Positions 44,935 through 60,834 of a DNA stretch of 64,000 nt are shown here, piece after piece (position 1 is the first letter of the stretch; each line of letters begins with the position of its first letter). The translations under genes were made by a program, and so were the position numbers. The stretch lies in the NCBI RefSeq assembly GCF_009914755.1, contig NC_060940.1, one strand, 5' to 3'. This DNA is from the human T2T-CHM13v2.0 reference genome, Homo sapiens. The notes below the pieces were generated by a model, which did no database searches, was not told the DNA's origin, and saw nothing but the letters and a program-made list of their open reading frames with translations.

Positions 44935-46362
44935 AGGGACTTGGATTTTTAAAATGTCCACCTTCTGGAAAGGTTAAGGGGACATTCCACTTGCTTTTTC
45001 TTTCAGGTCCTGGTGTCTTCCTTTCTCCAGCTTTACTTCTCACCCACATCTGCTGTAGCTTTCCAGCACATACTCTCAGATGATTGGAATGCATCAGATT
45101 ATCTTATTCGATGAAACAGAACCTTTCTGTAGGTGTCTGGCTGTGTGTCAGACGGCATACAAAGCATGTGGCTCTGGGTCAGATGGTGTACAAAGCATGT
45201 GCCTTGAAACTCTATGGTGGGCGCATGTCTTCTAAGTGACAAGTGATATCTGTTTAGTTTTCTGGTCTTATAATCCTTGGCAGAATGCCAGAACTATGGC
45301 AAAGGTGGACTTGAAGAGAATCATTTGGTTTAAAATTTTGGTTGAGGTTGAGAAGGGCTTAAGGAGGTCATAGAGAGTGGACACTTCAGAGAATTGTATT
45401 TTTTTCTGTGTCCTTGAACTTGTTTGTCAATGAGCTGTTCTAGACAGTATGGGAACTCCAAAGATAAATCAATGGCTTTCTCACTTTGAGGTAATAGGGA
45501 GGTAATAGGTGGGCTCTCGTGATTATAATTATGAAATGATGAAACATTGGGTTTGAAAGAGACTTTTGAAATCACTTGATTCTAGCCTTTCATTTTACAA
45601 ATGAAAACACCGAGAAGGGAAGTGGCTTGGCCAAGGTCACATTGCTACTTAGTGATAAGAGCAGGGATTTAAGTTGGAAAGTGTTCCTTGCCACTGGAGA
45701 GGTTCACGTAAAATGCACTGGGAATTCAGATACAGAAGTGATTGCTTCCTGCTGAAATTAAATTCAGTTGAAGCTTAAGATCTTTCAAGACTCTGCTCTC
45801 AATACCTTTTCCCAGGGAAATCTTCTTGTAGATTTATAATGAGCCAGTCATCCCTCTTTGGTTTATTTTCATGAGTAGAGGTCATTGAGAAGTAATTTGT
45901 ATAGGATACGTGTAATTATATACTAAATTCATTGGCTTTCACATGCCGTTCTAGTTAATAGATATCTCCAGTAGGAAGATTGAAATGGTACAATTTTTAA
46001 TCAGGAATGGCTTCGGGGAACCATATGTAAATAGGCAGAATATTTGATTTTCCTATTCCAGCTTTGCTGGCAATTGCTTGTTACTCCTAGCTATAAAAAA
46101 CGAACTTTAGCGGGGAAGGCATTAAAAACCCAATGTTTAATATGGTCCAGCACCTTGTTCTTTGACTGGAACACCTTCAGAAACATCACTTAGATCAACA
46201 GTAACTATTGGCTACCATTTTTGTTTCTTTGTCTGGAAGGAAACATTTTCTGTGAAATTGTCTTTCTAGAAAGAAAAGCAATTCTTAAGATTTTAAACTA
46301 GTGCCAAGTATTGCATATTCTTGACATTATTTTCCAGACCTCCCACAAGGAGCCAGGAAGGC

Positions 46363-46784
<422 letters not shown>

Positions 46785-47259
46785 TCATGTCTTTGATTTG
46801 GGAAAAATTGCATCCCCTTAAGGATGGAAATTTGTTCCCGTAATTCTTGAATCTCTATTTTAACATGACTTGCTCTATATTTCTCAGCTCATCACTGAGA
46901 CCATGAAAAGCTAGTTTATAATTACAGCTTGGAGTTTTGGAGTATTCATAAAAACGCTATGATGTTTAATGTTATCTTAGCGTCCCAGCATCCCTGTCTA
47001 AAATCTCAAAGCTTATTTGACCTAGCTTTTTTTTATTGTATCATGCTATGCCTTATCAGTGATTTTTGAAATCACTTATACTGCTCAGTAAAACTTGTTT
47101 GGTCTTATAAGTCACATTTTTGGGGGTGACCATCCAGTTATTTATTCATCTAACAATAAGGTCTCCCATGAAGAGCCAAGAAGGCTCACAAGAAGACCAA
47201 AGGGGGGGAAAAAACTTATTTGATCTACAAAGTTACATTTTTTTCATGCCTATGCAATT

Positions 47260-47850
47260 ATTTTTTCATTTAACAATAAGCATCTACTATTTGCTAGTCA
47301 GTTGTCTAGATGCTGAGCATGTATCAGTGAACAAAACAGACAAAAATCCCTGCCCTCATCAAGCTCACATTCTAGCAAGGGAAAACAGAAAATAAAAGTA
47401 GATTGTGTAACAAGGGTGAGGGATAATCTTACAATTTTAGGTAGGAGAGCCAGGCAAGGCCTTGTTAAAGGGGTAACATTTAAGCAGATTGGACGGAGAG
47501 AATGAGCCACTGAGAAATTTGAAGCGGGAGCACATAGGCGGGAAGATAGAACATGATTGGGACGTTTCAGAAGCAACAAGTGTGGATGGAATAGAGTGAG
47601 AGAAGAGGAAATGAAATGAAGACAAAGGGACAAGTAAATGGGTGGCAGAAGGTAGGGCTTTGTCATGTTAGAATACAAAGTAGTAGGTTTGGATTTGGAG
47701 TGAGATGGGGAGCCACTGAGGAGTAGAAGAAGGGAAGCAACACCAGAAACAGGAGAGCTCACAGAGGTGACCAAAGTAATCCAGACTAGGGATATGATGG
47801 TCCAGATTAGAAGAGGCAGAGCAGGGGAGAAATGTGTAAATACAGTCCTG
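47260..47850 (-). mobile_element. L2 fragment
   Basis: tcatttaacaataagcatctactat...gtgaacaaaacagacaaaaatccctgccctca. Confidence 0.8.
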
Positions 47851-47979
47851 TAACTTTTTACCAACAAAGAGAGTGGCAGTGTTTCAGCACCAGTGAGAAA
47901 GGATAACCAGCAGTGGCATCTCCCATTTGTCAAGAGAAGGCTAAGCCTGTAAGAATGGCTACATTTTCTCCCCTCTGTG

Positions 47980-49760
47980 AATGGCTTTATTCGGGAATAA
48001 CTGACATACAATAAGCTATACATATTGAACATTTATAGTTTTATAAGTTTCAACACACCTGTGAAACTATCCCCACTATCAAGATAATGAACATACCCAT
48101 TATTCCAGAAGTTTCCTTGCGCCCCTTTGCAATTCCTCTTCCTGACATATCTGTTTTCTTTTTTTATTGTTTTTTATTTGTTTGTAGAGACTGGGTCTCA
48201 ATATGTTTCCCAGGCTGATCTTGAAATCCTGGCCTGAAGAGATCCTCCTTGCTCAGCCTCCCAAAGAGCTGGAATTACAGGTGTGAGCCACTGTGTCAGC
48301 CTGGATTTGTTTTCTGTCACTAGATGAGTTGGCATTTTCTAGAATTTTAACCAGATGGAATTATATATGTGCACGGTTTTTTTGTCTGGATTCTTTAACT
48401 TAGCATAGTTATTTTGAGATTCATCCATGTTGTTATGTATAGCAGTAGCTCATTCCCTTGTATCCTTTTTTATTTCAATAAAATATACATAAAATTAATC
48501 ATTATAACCATATTAACTGTACAGTTGAGTGGCATTAAGCATCATCCCACACCAAATCTCTGTACCCATTTAAACAATTACTCCCCATTTCTCCTTCCCC
48601 CATTTCCTGGTAACCACTGTTCTGCTTTCTGTCTGTATTATATTTGACTATTCTAGGTACCTCATGTAAGTGGAATCATACAATATTTGACCTTTTGTGT
48701 CTAGATTATTGATATGGTTCAGCTGTGTCCCTGGGCAAATATCAACTTGAATTGTATCTCCCAGAATTCGCACATGTTGTGGGAGGGACCAAAGAGGAAC
48801 TGGTTGAATCATGAGGCCGGTCTTTCCCGTGCTATTCTCATGATAGTGAATAAGTCTCACGAGATCTGGTGGGTTCATCAGGGGTTTCCGCTTTTGCTTC
48901 CTCCTCATTTTCTCTTGCCACTGCCATGTAAGAAGTGCCTTTTGCCTCCCGCCATGATTCAGAGGCCTCTCAGCTATGTGGTACTGTAAGTCCAATTAAT
49001 CCTCTTTTTGTTTCCGGTTTCGGATATGTCTTTATGAGCAGCATGAAAACAAACTAATACAACCATTTTACTTAACATAGTGTCCTCAAGATTCATCCAT
49101 GTTATGGCATGTATCAGAATTTAATTCCTTTTTAAAGATGACTAATATTCCATTGTATGAATATACCACATTTTGTTGATTGATTCATCCATCGGCTATT
49201 CATAATAGCCATCTTTTGGCTATGGTGGATAAAGTTGCTGTGAACAAATATCTCTGTATACAAATATCTGTGGGAATCTCCGCTTTCAGTATTTTTGTGT
49301 ATATACTTTTTTTGTGTATATACTTTTGTGTATGTACTTTTGCGTAGGATTGCTGGATCAAATGATAGGTCTATGTTGACATTTTTGAGGAACTGCTGTA
49401 CTGTTTTCTACAGCGACTGAACTGTTTTACATTCTCGCTGGCAATGCGCAAGGGCTCTAATTTCTCCACATCTACGCCAACACTTACTGTTTCCTGTTTT
49501 TTGATAACAGCCATCATAATGGGTATGAAGTGGTATCTCCTTGTGGTTTTGATACACATTTTCCTAATAATTAATGATGTTGAACATCTTTTCATGTTCT
49601 TAGCCATTTATATATCTTCTTTGGAGACATGTCTATTCAAGTTGTTTGCCCATTTTTGAATTTGGCTGGTTTTTAGTTGTTGAGTTTTGTGAGTTCCTTA
49701 TGTATTCTAGATATTAATTCCTTATCAGATATATGACTTGCAATATTTTCTTCAAGGATA
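47980..49760 (-). mobile_element. L1MB-type 3' fragments (two elements) with nested Alu monomer (48155-48301) and THE1 LTR
   Basis: L1M 3'UTR motifs; ORF 49371..49607 (MKRCSTSLIIRKM...YHFIP) is an L1 ORF2 C-terminal relic. Confidence 0.85.
48710..49061 (+). mobile_element. THE1A-like solo LTR (ERVL-MaLR)
   Basis: tgatatggtt..gctgtgtccc...aacttgaattgtatctcccagaattc ... gcagcatgaaaacaaactaataca; TG...CA ends. Confidence 0.92.
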
Positions 49761-49761
49761 G

Positions 49762-50068
<307 letters not shown>

Positions 50069-50189
50069 TGAACTTTTGATGATATATTAATGTGATGAGC
50101 ACGGGATCAGAGAACAGTGGAATAGACTTTACTGTCCATGACATTGATGAGGCACTTAAATTCTATACTACTGAATGACATCATTCATA

Positions 50190-50370
50190 TTGGTATTAAT
50201 TAGCTATGGGACCTTAAGCAAGTTACTTAAATTCTTTGTGACTCAGTTTTCTCATCTGTAAAATAGTGATCAGAGCTGTATCCACCTCAAGATTGTGAGA
50301 ATTAAACACTTGTAAAGTGCCAAGAACATAACAGCAGTAATTAGCACATAGTAAGCATTCAATACTGTGT
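50190..50370 (-). mobile_element. MIR
   Basis: gaccttaagcaagttacttaa...ctcagttttctcatctgtaaaatag. Confidence 0.8.
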
Positions 50371-50479
50371 TATTTTTAGTTTTTATCAAAATTATTCATT
50401 CATATCATTTTTACAAGTCAAATATTTTTATAAGGTTTGCTAAGGAAAAAAAAGCAGGAGTTTTTACACCTTTTCTTCC

Positions 50480-51935
<1,456 letters not shown>

Positions 51936-54048
51936 CTGTCTGTTGAATTTTCAGTATTGAAATATGACATATATCATAAACATACAGCTTGAAGAATTGC
52001 TGTAAACATATCTGTGTACCTAGCACCCTGGTCAAGAAATGAAACATATCAGCGTCCTAGAAGTGCTCCCTTCCAGTGTCTGCTTCCCCACAACAGTAAA
52101 CACTCTCCTGACTTCTAAGGCCATAAATAGTTTTATGTGTGTTTGAATTAGACTTGTAAACTTGTAAGCTCCTTAAAGAAGTAATTTGTGTCTTCATCCT
52201 TCTTTGTATCCGTATATAGTGGCAAATGAGTATTTTTTGCCCCAAATCTGTTAAGTATTTGTTGTTCTTGAGGAGCTTGTACTATTCAGTTACATTGTGG
52301 CCACTGTTCAGTAACTCTTTGATTTCTGCAACTGCAGTCTCTGTTTAGTAATAGGATTCTTTTGATAGCAAATAATAATTCCAGACCCAAAGAGGCTTAA
52401 TTTAAAAAGGTAAGGAATTCTCTCACTTCATCCTAAGAACTGGCGTCTCACTGGCTTCAAGTGGACCTTGTTCCAACAGTAATGATGTGATCAGTTTCAA
52501 ATTTCTTCCCCTTCCTCTTTTGGCCATTCTAAAGCTCATGGCCCCCAAATGACTGCCCCCAGCTTTTGTGGCCACTCTCTCTTTCTTTTTCCTGAGCTTT
52601 GGGGAGGAGAGAAACTGGGTATTGGGTGTGTACTTTGAACTCTGGATCAAGCTTTACCTGAAGCTAGATGAACAAATAATGACCCTCTTTTGATTAACCC
52701 AGTTCGGTTCTGGTTTCTGTGTTATTTACAACGTAAGGGTTTCCTGTGAGTCTCCACAACTCTCTTTATACCTTCCTGAGGTTACCCAAGGAATTGAAAC
52801 CTCTACTGTTAGAAGCTCTGGTTTGGAGAATATTGTTTGAGAAGTATCTCTGCTTCCTTACCTGATTTCATATTTTACTTCAGATAATATAGTGATTTTG
52901 AAGCTTTAGCTAATGGCCCGCATAGCAGTTTTTCTCTCCTTTTCATACTTTCAATTTTTCTCCCAAGTCCGTGAAACATGATGTAATGAGGTTCTCCTCT
53001 GTAATGTAAATATTTTTATCTTAAATTTTTTCCCCAAATGCTTAATCTGAAAGCTGACAGAGCCAGACATGATGTTGAAGGGCTTTAGATTTTTCTGTAA
53101 AGAGTTTTCAATATTTCACCTGAAATCCTAGAAAACTTATAATTAATTTTACAATTTATCTGTGTCAAGGGACTATGTTTGTCTTGAATTGCTTGTTTCG
53201 AGGCATCTGAGAGCGGCTTCTTGTTATAGATTCTGAGCTGGGAATGATTAGTTTGTTTTTTTTTCTCACCCCTTCAGACTTTTCTAAATTCTCCATTTTT
53301 TCAGACCATTCATTGCTCCGTGGCTGAGAAGGAGTATGTGCTGTGTCAGCAGCAAGCTTTTCTTGCAACCCGTCAAGGAAAGCATTTCTAAACTCTAGAA
53401 CTCTGGCAGGGAGGCTTCTCCTTGGCTAATCTTTCTTTCCTAGTGATGTAGTCCATCAGCTGTGTTTCCTAAATGCTCTCTGGCTTATACAGTACCCATT
53501 TGTTGCTACGCTGGGAACGTGTCTAGAAAAAGTGTAGTAATTATGCACGAAGAAGCTGGTACCTTCTAGAGAGATCATTCTGAAAACAGATCTGACTGGT
53601 GAAAAAGGCTTTAGTGTCTGTCAGTAGTCTCAGTGTAAGTTCTAGATTCTTTCCTATGGTTCATAAACCCATGTCCTGGTCTCCACCCACCTCTCCAGGC
53701 TCTTCTCTTGCAAGTCCATGCCATTCATGTGACACTATTGCAGCTGGGAATTGATTGTGCTCTTATACACACACCATGCCATTTCCCTCCTAGAATGTGC
53801 CTTCCCTATGTCACACTTTCCCCTTTTGCCTTCTGTCTCCTTTCGTTCTACAAAATGGATTTCCCATCCCAGACATGGGAATGTCGAAGATCAGCACTGG
53901 ACAGATGAGGCATCATTAGACTCCATGGTACCAGCTGGCCATCTACAACTTGTGAGTTTCTCCTGCCTCAAGATCTGTGACATGGATAGCAAGGGACCAG
54001 CCTTTTAAAGCTCCTCCAGGTGTGGAGTTAAGGAAACAGAGGAAGTAA

Positions 54049-54356
<308 letters not shown>

Positions 54357-54427
54357 GAGAATCTTTTGTATCTTAGCTCTTGGCTAAGGAAATAGAAAGT
54401 AGAGAATAAGAAATAGGGCTATTTTTA

Positions 54428-54598
<171 letters not shown>

Positions 54599-55449
54599 GA
54601 GGGCTATTTAAATGTATGGTGATGATGAATATGTACTGAACCTGTGAGGGAAGTTCTTGACATACACTATTATGTATGTTATTAAATATGGTACAAAATT
54701 TTTTGTGATATATTTTATTTGAGTATCACTGTAATCTCTACTGTCATACTCTGGCTTCTGTCTTTGTTTCCTGTAGAGCCGTGGTTATAATTAGAAATGT
54801 AAACAAAGTATTTTGTGCTTTATTAAATAGAATTTTTTCTCAAAAACTAGCTGGCATAAAACATTGAATGGGTTAATTTTGGGGGGAAGTTTTGGACAAT
54901 TTAAACTTGACTTTTAAACTTAACAGTCTTTTGTATGTTGTCACATCTTCTACTTATTTAACAGTTTGGTTAGTGGGAGCTGGGAGCTGGGAGTGCACCA
55001 AACACACTGAGGTACTTAAAATCTTTTCAATTTTATTGAGGCTTAAAGGCAAGTAAGAACCTGTTGCCTCTGCTTGTTGCCAAAATAACATGGGGCAAGA
55101 GTAATCAGTTACAGTTGCTATAGGTAATTACAAGTTGATTTCACTGAGAAGTAAGAACACTATATTTAACAATAAAAAGTTTATCAGACGTGAAACTTTC
55201 CTCCTCCCTACACAGCCTAAGGAGGGGAAAAACTCTCACCAAACTATCATTTTACTGAGCAGATTTCAAAGGTGTTGGATTTTTGGGAGACATCGAGAAA
55301 GACTAATTGCAATTATTGTCTCTAATTGTCTTTATTGATGCCAGCTTGAGAAGAGTACCAGGATGAAAGTTAGAAGGGAAAGTAGTCAAGCAGACTGTTA
55401 CCCTATGAAGATTCCCACTTATTAGACTGTCCACACGCAGTGGCATTAA

Positions 55450-55843
<394 letters not shown>

Positions 55844-56232
55844 TTTTTATTTCTTTTTAATTTTGTGTGGACTTCAATGGTAGAAGTTATAGTTGATTTG
55901 ACCAGAAAGGGACATGTGAAAAACCTTCCTAAAATATTTCCTTTTTTTTTCTTGTGCTGTTTGCTCTATCTGTAATCATTAGTGCCCCCCTAGAATGAAG
56001 CAGCCAAGTCTTGGGTTATCACAAATATAAACATAATTTTTATATCATATTCTTTTGCTAAGGTGATCTGGATATCAATTAATTTAGCATTAATTATTAT
56101 ACTGTATGCTGTCATTAGTCATGTTACATTATTAGGTATTAGTCACATTACATCATAATTATTTTATGCAGCCTCAACTTCTTTACTAAAATGTGCAGTA
56201 GACATCAGATCACAAATATCAAGACTTTTGAA

Positions 56233-56442
56233 CAGGTGTTGGCAAATTTTTTTTGTAAAGGGCCAGAAACAAGTACTTTTGGCTTTGTGGGTTTTATAGT
56301 CTGTGTCTTATCTACTCAACCTTGCTGTCTGTGTGAAAGCAGCCATTTATGTAAATGAATGGGCATGACTGTGTTCTAGTTAAACTTTATTTTGCAAAAG
56401 CAGGTCATGGGACTGATTTGCCTGTGATCTCTGCAACCCAGC
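56233..56442 (+). mobile_element. MER58A-like hAT-Charlie fossil (a further hAT-like relic to about 56762)
   Basis: caggtgttggcaaattttt..gtaaagggccaga...gtaaatgaatgggcatgactgtgttc..taaactttattt. Confidence 0.8.
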
Positions 56443-56808
56443 TCTTGAGTAAGGGTCACAGACTTTGCTGTGGTTAGGCAGGTACCTCAAATGAGTAAAG
56501 TGAAGTGGCTGTGGGGACTGCGACTAGCAAAGGTCACGTCCTTGTCTAAAATGGGCAGCTACTTCTTCCCTATAGCCACTGTGACTGGCTCAGTGATACC
56601 AGATCTTGTAATTCAAGGGTAGCTGGGAATTTGGATTTTTAGGCAAAGTCCTTTTATCAGTTGGCAACTCATTTAGATTTGTTAAGGAAATATGGTTGAG
56701 GTCAAGCTACACACCTTCGTGAGTTCTTTTCTGGTCCATGAACTCTAGTTTAGCAAATTCTGGTATTTTCAAGTGTAACAGTGTATTATGTATGAATAAG
56801 AAGTGCCT

Positions 56809-57108
<300 letters not shown>

Positions 57109-58574
57109 AAGAAGTGCCTGTAGAATGTCATCAGACATCGATAGCAACTATCTAGTGCTGGTGCTGCCACTCACTAACCCTTGTAGTGCCCATGACAGAC
57201 ATCAGTAATTGATCATAACACTCTTTCCTGCTGAGCTAGGAGAAAGTTTCAGATTTCTTCTCCACTAGGGCTCTAAAAAGCCGCAACCAGCCAATCAGTC
57301 ATGTCCCCTGATATAAAGGTATTTATCATTCTCATTCTAGAAGGTTTATAAAAAATGTTTTTTTAATTAACCTAGGAAATGGCTTTGGACTTTTATTGTT
57401 ATTCTGTTAAAAAAAACCTAATTAAAAGATGTTCTTAATTAAAAAGTACTGGAGAAAACATGTATTAGAATGGCAGGTATGAAAAAAGGTAAGATACTGT
57501 TAATATGGCAGTGTTAGATTTCAGACCAAACTTAGGGGAAAGAGTATCCAAAGTCAGATGTATCCTTAAAAGTCACTTAGCAGCATTCCTTCCTTGCAGA
57601 GACCATGAACTTGGCTTTCTGATTTGTTCATTTTCACCATGCCTAGTGCAAATTAATGTGAATGAATAGTTACAAAGGGGAGTTTCTTTTTTTCCTTCCT
57701 TTCACTGCCTTTGACCCTTCTGCACATTTGGCGGTAGAGTACGCCATTCAGAATTTAGGGATTCTGTGTGTGCCATCTGGGATGCATGTATTTTTTAAAT
57801 TGTTTATGTGATATGTACATGATACAGCCCAGGGAAAACATGCTTTATTGTCCATTTTGAAAGCTTTGCATCTTTTTGTCTTCCTGCATTACTTCTCATT
57901 TTACCCTCTGCCAGTCTAAACACTGTTGTCTTTCACGTTTGACCTTCTCTAAGAGTTCTGCTCTAGTTCTGTCGTTGAACCTCTCTCCTCTCTAAACTTC
58001 TTTAGTACTGAGGACTGTACTAGTTTAGCAGCAATGCCATGCTTTCTTATGTCCTTTGGTTGTAAATTTGAGGCATTTTTGTTTTTTTCTTCCAAATTAA
58101 CATTTTCTTTCCCTGCCATCTAGCACAAGGACTGTGAATGGTGTGAACTAAAAGAACATTTTGTTTAAGCAAGCCATGGTGTTCATTGAATGCCTTCTCT
58201 GTGCCAGTCACTAGGGCTATAATTGTGGATGAAATAGAAAAACAGACTCTGCCCTGGAAGATCAGAGTCTAGTACAGCAGTTTAAAGTCTGATGGAATTT
58301 CAATTTAAAATGTCCCCTTCATGGTAATCAGTGATGCACATTTACAGCTCCACTAAAAGGAGAAGCTCCAGTGGGGCATAGCTCTTTGTTTCAGTCACTG
58401 ACATATCCCACATGCCTGGTGCAATGACCAGTAAATAGTAAGTGCTCAGTAAATAATTATTAAATTAACTTTTAAAAGTTTTTATGTAGAGTTATTCCTG
58501 CAGGGCTGTGATTATAGGCAAATCATAGTGTGTATACCTTCTACCTTTTTTAGTGTATCTCCCACTCTTGTACC

Positions 58575-58710
58575 CCAGAAAAATTAGTCTTGAGTATCCT
58601 TCCAGAAATGTTGTATTCCAGTCTTGTGTATCCTTCCAGAAGTATTATAAATATTATATTATTATCCTTCCAGAAAAATCAATCTTGAGTATCCTTCCAG
58701 AAATATTATA
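58575..58710 (+). repeat. Cluster of four tatccttccagaa microduplications
   Basis: Copies start at 58595, 58629, 58663 and 58690. Confidence 0.85.
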
Positions 58711-58720
58711 TGTGCTTGAT

Positions 58721-59025
58721 ATTTATTTATTTATATTTATTTTGAGTCAGGGCCTCACTCTGTTGCCCAGAATGGAGTGCACTGGTGCTATCACAACTCA
58801 CTGCAGCCTCCACCTCCCAGGCTCCAGCAATCCTCCCACCTCAGCCTCCTGAGTAGCTGGAGCCACAGGCACGTGCCACCATGCCCCACTCATTTCTTTT
58901 ACTTTTTGTAGAGGTAGGGTTTCACCATGTTGTCCTGGCTGGCCTCGAACTTCTGAGCTCAAGCAATCTTCCTCCCTTGGCCTCCCAAAGTGCTGGGATT
59001 ACAGGTGTGAGCCACTGCGCCCAGT
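58721..59025 (-). mobile_element. AluJb-like
   Basis: Antisense dimer inside an L1ME relic. Confidence 0.93.
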
Positions 59026-59039
59026 CTGTACTTTGTTTT

Positions 59040-59860
59040 CTATATGAGTATAGCCTATTTATTTTTTTCTCTGAAAATATATTAGATAGTTCCATATCTG
59101 TATATAGTCATATTATTTTTGGTGACTACATAGTATTTTATTGTCTGGAGAGATCATAATTTATTTAACCAGAAACCTACTCATGAACATTTGAGTAATT
59201 TCTGATCTTTTGCTCTTACAAGCAATACTACAATAAATATACTTGCTCAACAGTCATTTTACAACCCCTGAATGTAGGACTTTTAGTATACATTCTTAAA
59301 AGTGTAATTTCTATAAGAGTCAAAGAGCTTATGCGTTTGTAATTTTGATAGTATTGCCAAATTGTCCTCTACAGAGAGTGTGAGTGTGCCATTTTACTGT
59401 ACTCTTACTAACACTGTGTTGTTTTCAAACTGATGTTTTCTGTTTTGATAGGTGAAAAAATTTCTCTCTTTTGGCTTTAACATGCATTTCTTTTATGTGA
59501 ATAAATTGGAACATATTTTTATATGTTTATGAGCTAGTTTTATTTCCTTTTATGTATTGTGCCTTTATAACATGCTCAGTTTTAAATTTGTCTATTGGCC
59601 TTTATCTTACTGATGTATAGTTGCTCTTAATATATTTAGAAAAACATTCCTTGGCTGTTCTTGCTTGTTTATATTTCCATGTGTATTATAGAAACAGCTT
59701 TTCTAGTTACTAACCCCATTCATCTAAAAAACGATCCCTTTGGTCTTTTTATTTATATTATGTCCAATTTCTAGATGAATTTAGAAAGTACTGACATTTC
59801 TGTGATGTTCAGTCTTATTTCCTAAGAACATAATTTCTCTTTACATCTGTTTTTTATTTT
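59040..59860 (-). mobile_element. L1ME-type relic
   Basis: atcataatttatttaacca...tgaacatttgagtaatttc...aattttgatagtattgccaaattgtcctc. Confidence 0.7.
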
Positions 59861-59871
59861 TAAAAAGTAAA

Positions 59872-60005
59872 TTTTTTTTTTTTTAAATAGAGATGGGGGT
59901 CTTGATTTCTTGCCCAGGCTGGTCTTGAATGCCCGACTTTAAGTGATCTACCACCTTGGTCTCCCAAAGTGCTGGGATTATAGGCGTGAGCCTCTACACC
60001 TGGCC
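59872..60005 (-). mobile_element. FLAM/Alu left monomer
   Basis: Single antisense arm. Confidence 0.88.
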
Positions 60006-60210
60006 TATTTAAGGTTTCTTGATGAAAAAATTAATGACATGTTAAAAATAACCTAGAATATCTTTTTAAAAATATGACATAAAGGGAAGATATATTTCAT
60101 TTAATATTCATATTTTATTAAAATATCAATTCTTTCTAAAATAACAATTATAAAATTCAGAAGCTTAGATTAAACATTTCCTTTCTGATCATTTTCTTCT
60201 CTTTTGGCAG

Positions 60211-60354
60211 GCCCTGAAGAGGAAAGTGAGGATGACTCTCATCTCGAAGGCAGGGATCCTGATATTTGGCATGTTGGTTTTAAGATCTCATGGGACATAG
60301 AGACACCTGGTTTGGCGATACCCCTTCACCAAGGAGACTGCTATTTCATGCTTG
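60211..60354 (+). CDS. FTO: FTO exon 4 (144 nt, phase 1-1; [48 protein letters not shown])
   Basis: Acceptor ttcttctcttttggcag ends at 60210 and donor CTTG|gtaatc starts at 60355. Continues exon 3 in frame, with Y295 at 60342. Confidence 0.99.
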
Positions 60355-60515
60355 GTAATCTTTGGAAAATCAAAATTATATTGAAACTCTGGTGTCTAAA
60401 TTTAGATTATAGGATTTATATTTTGAGTATGTCTTATGAAATAAACTTTTGGAGTATTTTATATTAAGAGGGAAACTTCTTTATAAGAACATGTAACTAG
60501 GTTTTTCTTTTTTGA

Positions 60516-60834
<319 letters not shown>

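Noticed and set aside
47298-48032. Longest non-FTO ORF (244 aa, minus strand)
   Set aside because: It runs through L2 and L1M relics, has a Leu/Ser/Pro-biased composition and no recognisable domain. It is best explained as a chance open frame.
58575-58710. Repeat-spacer pattern superficially like a CRISPR array
   Set aside because: Human intron, 13-bp core, irregular and partly duplicated spacers, and no cas genes.
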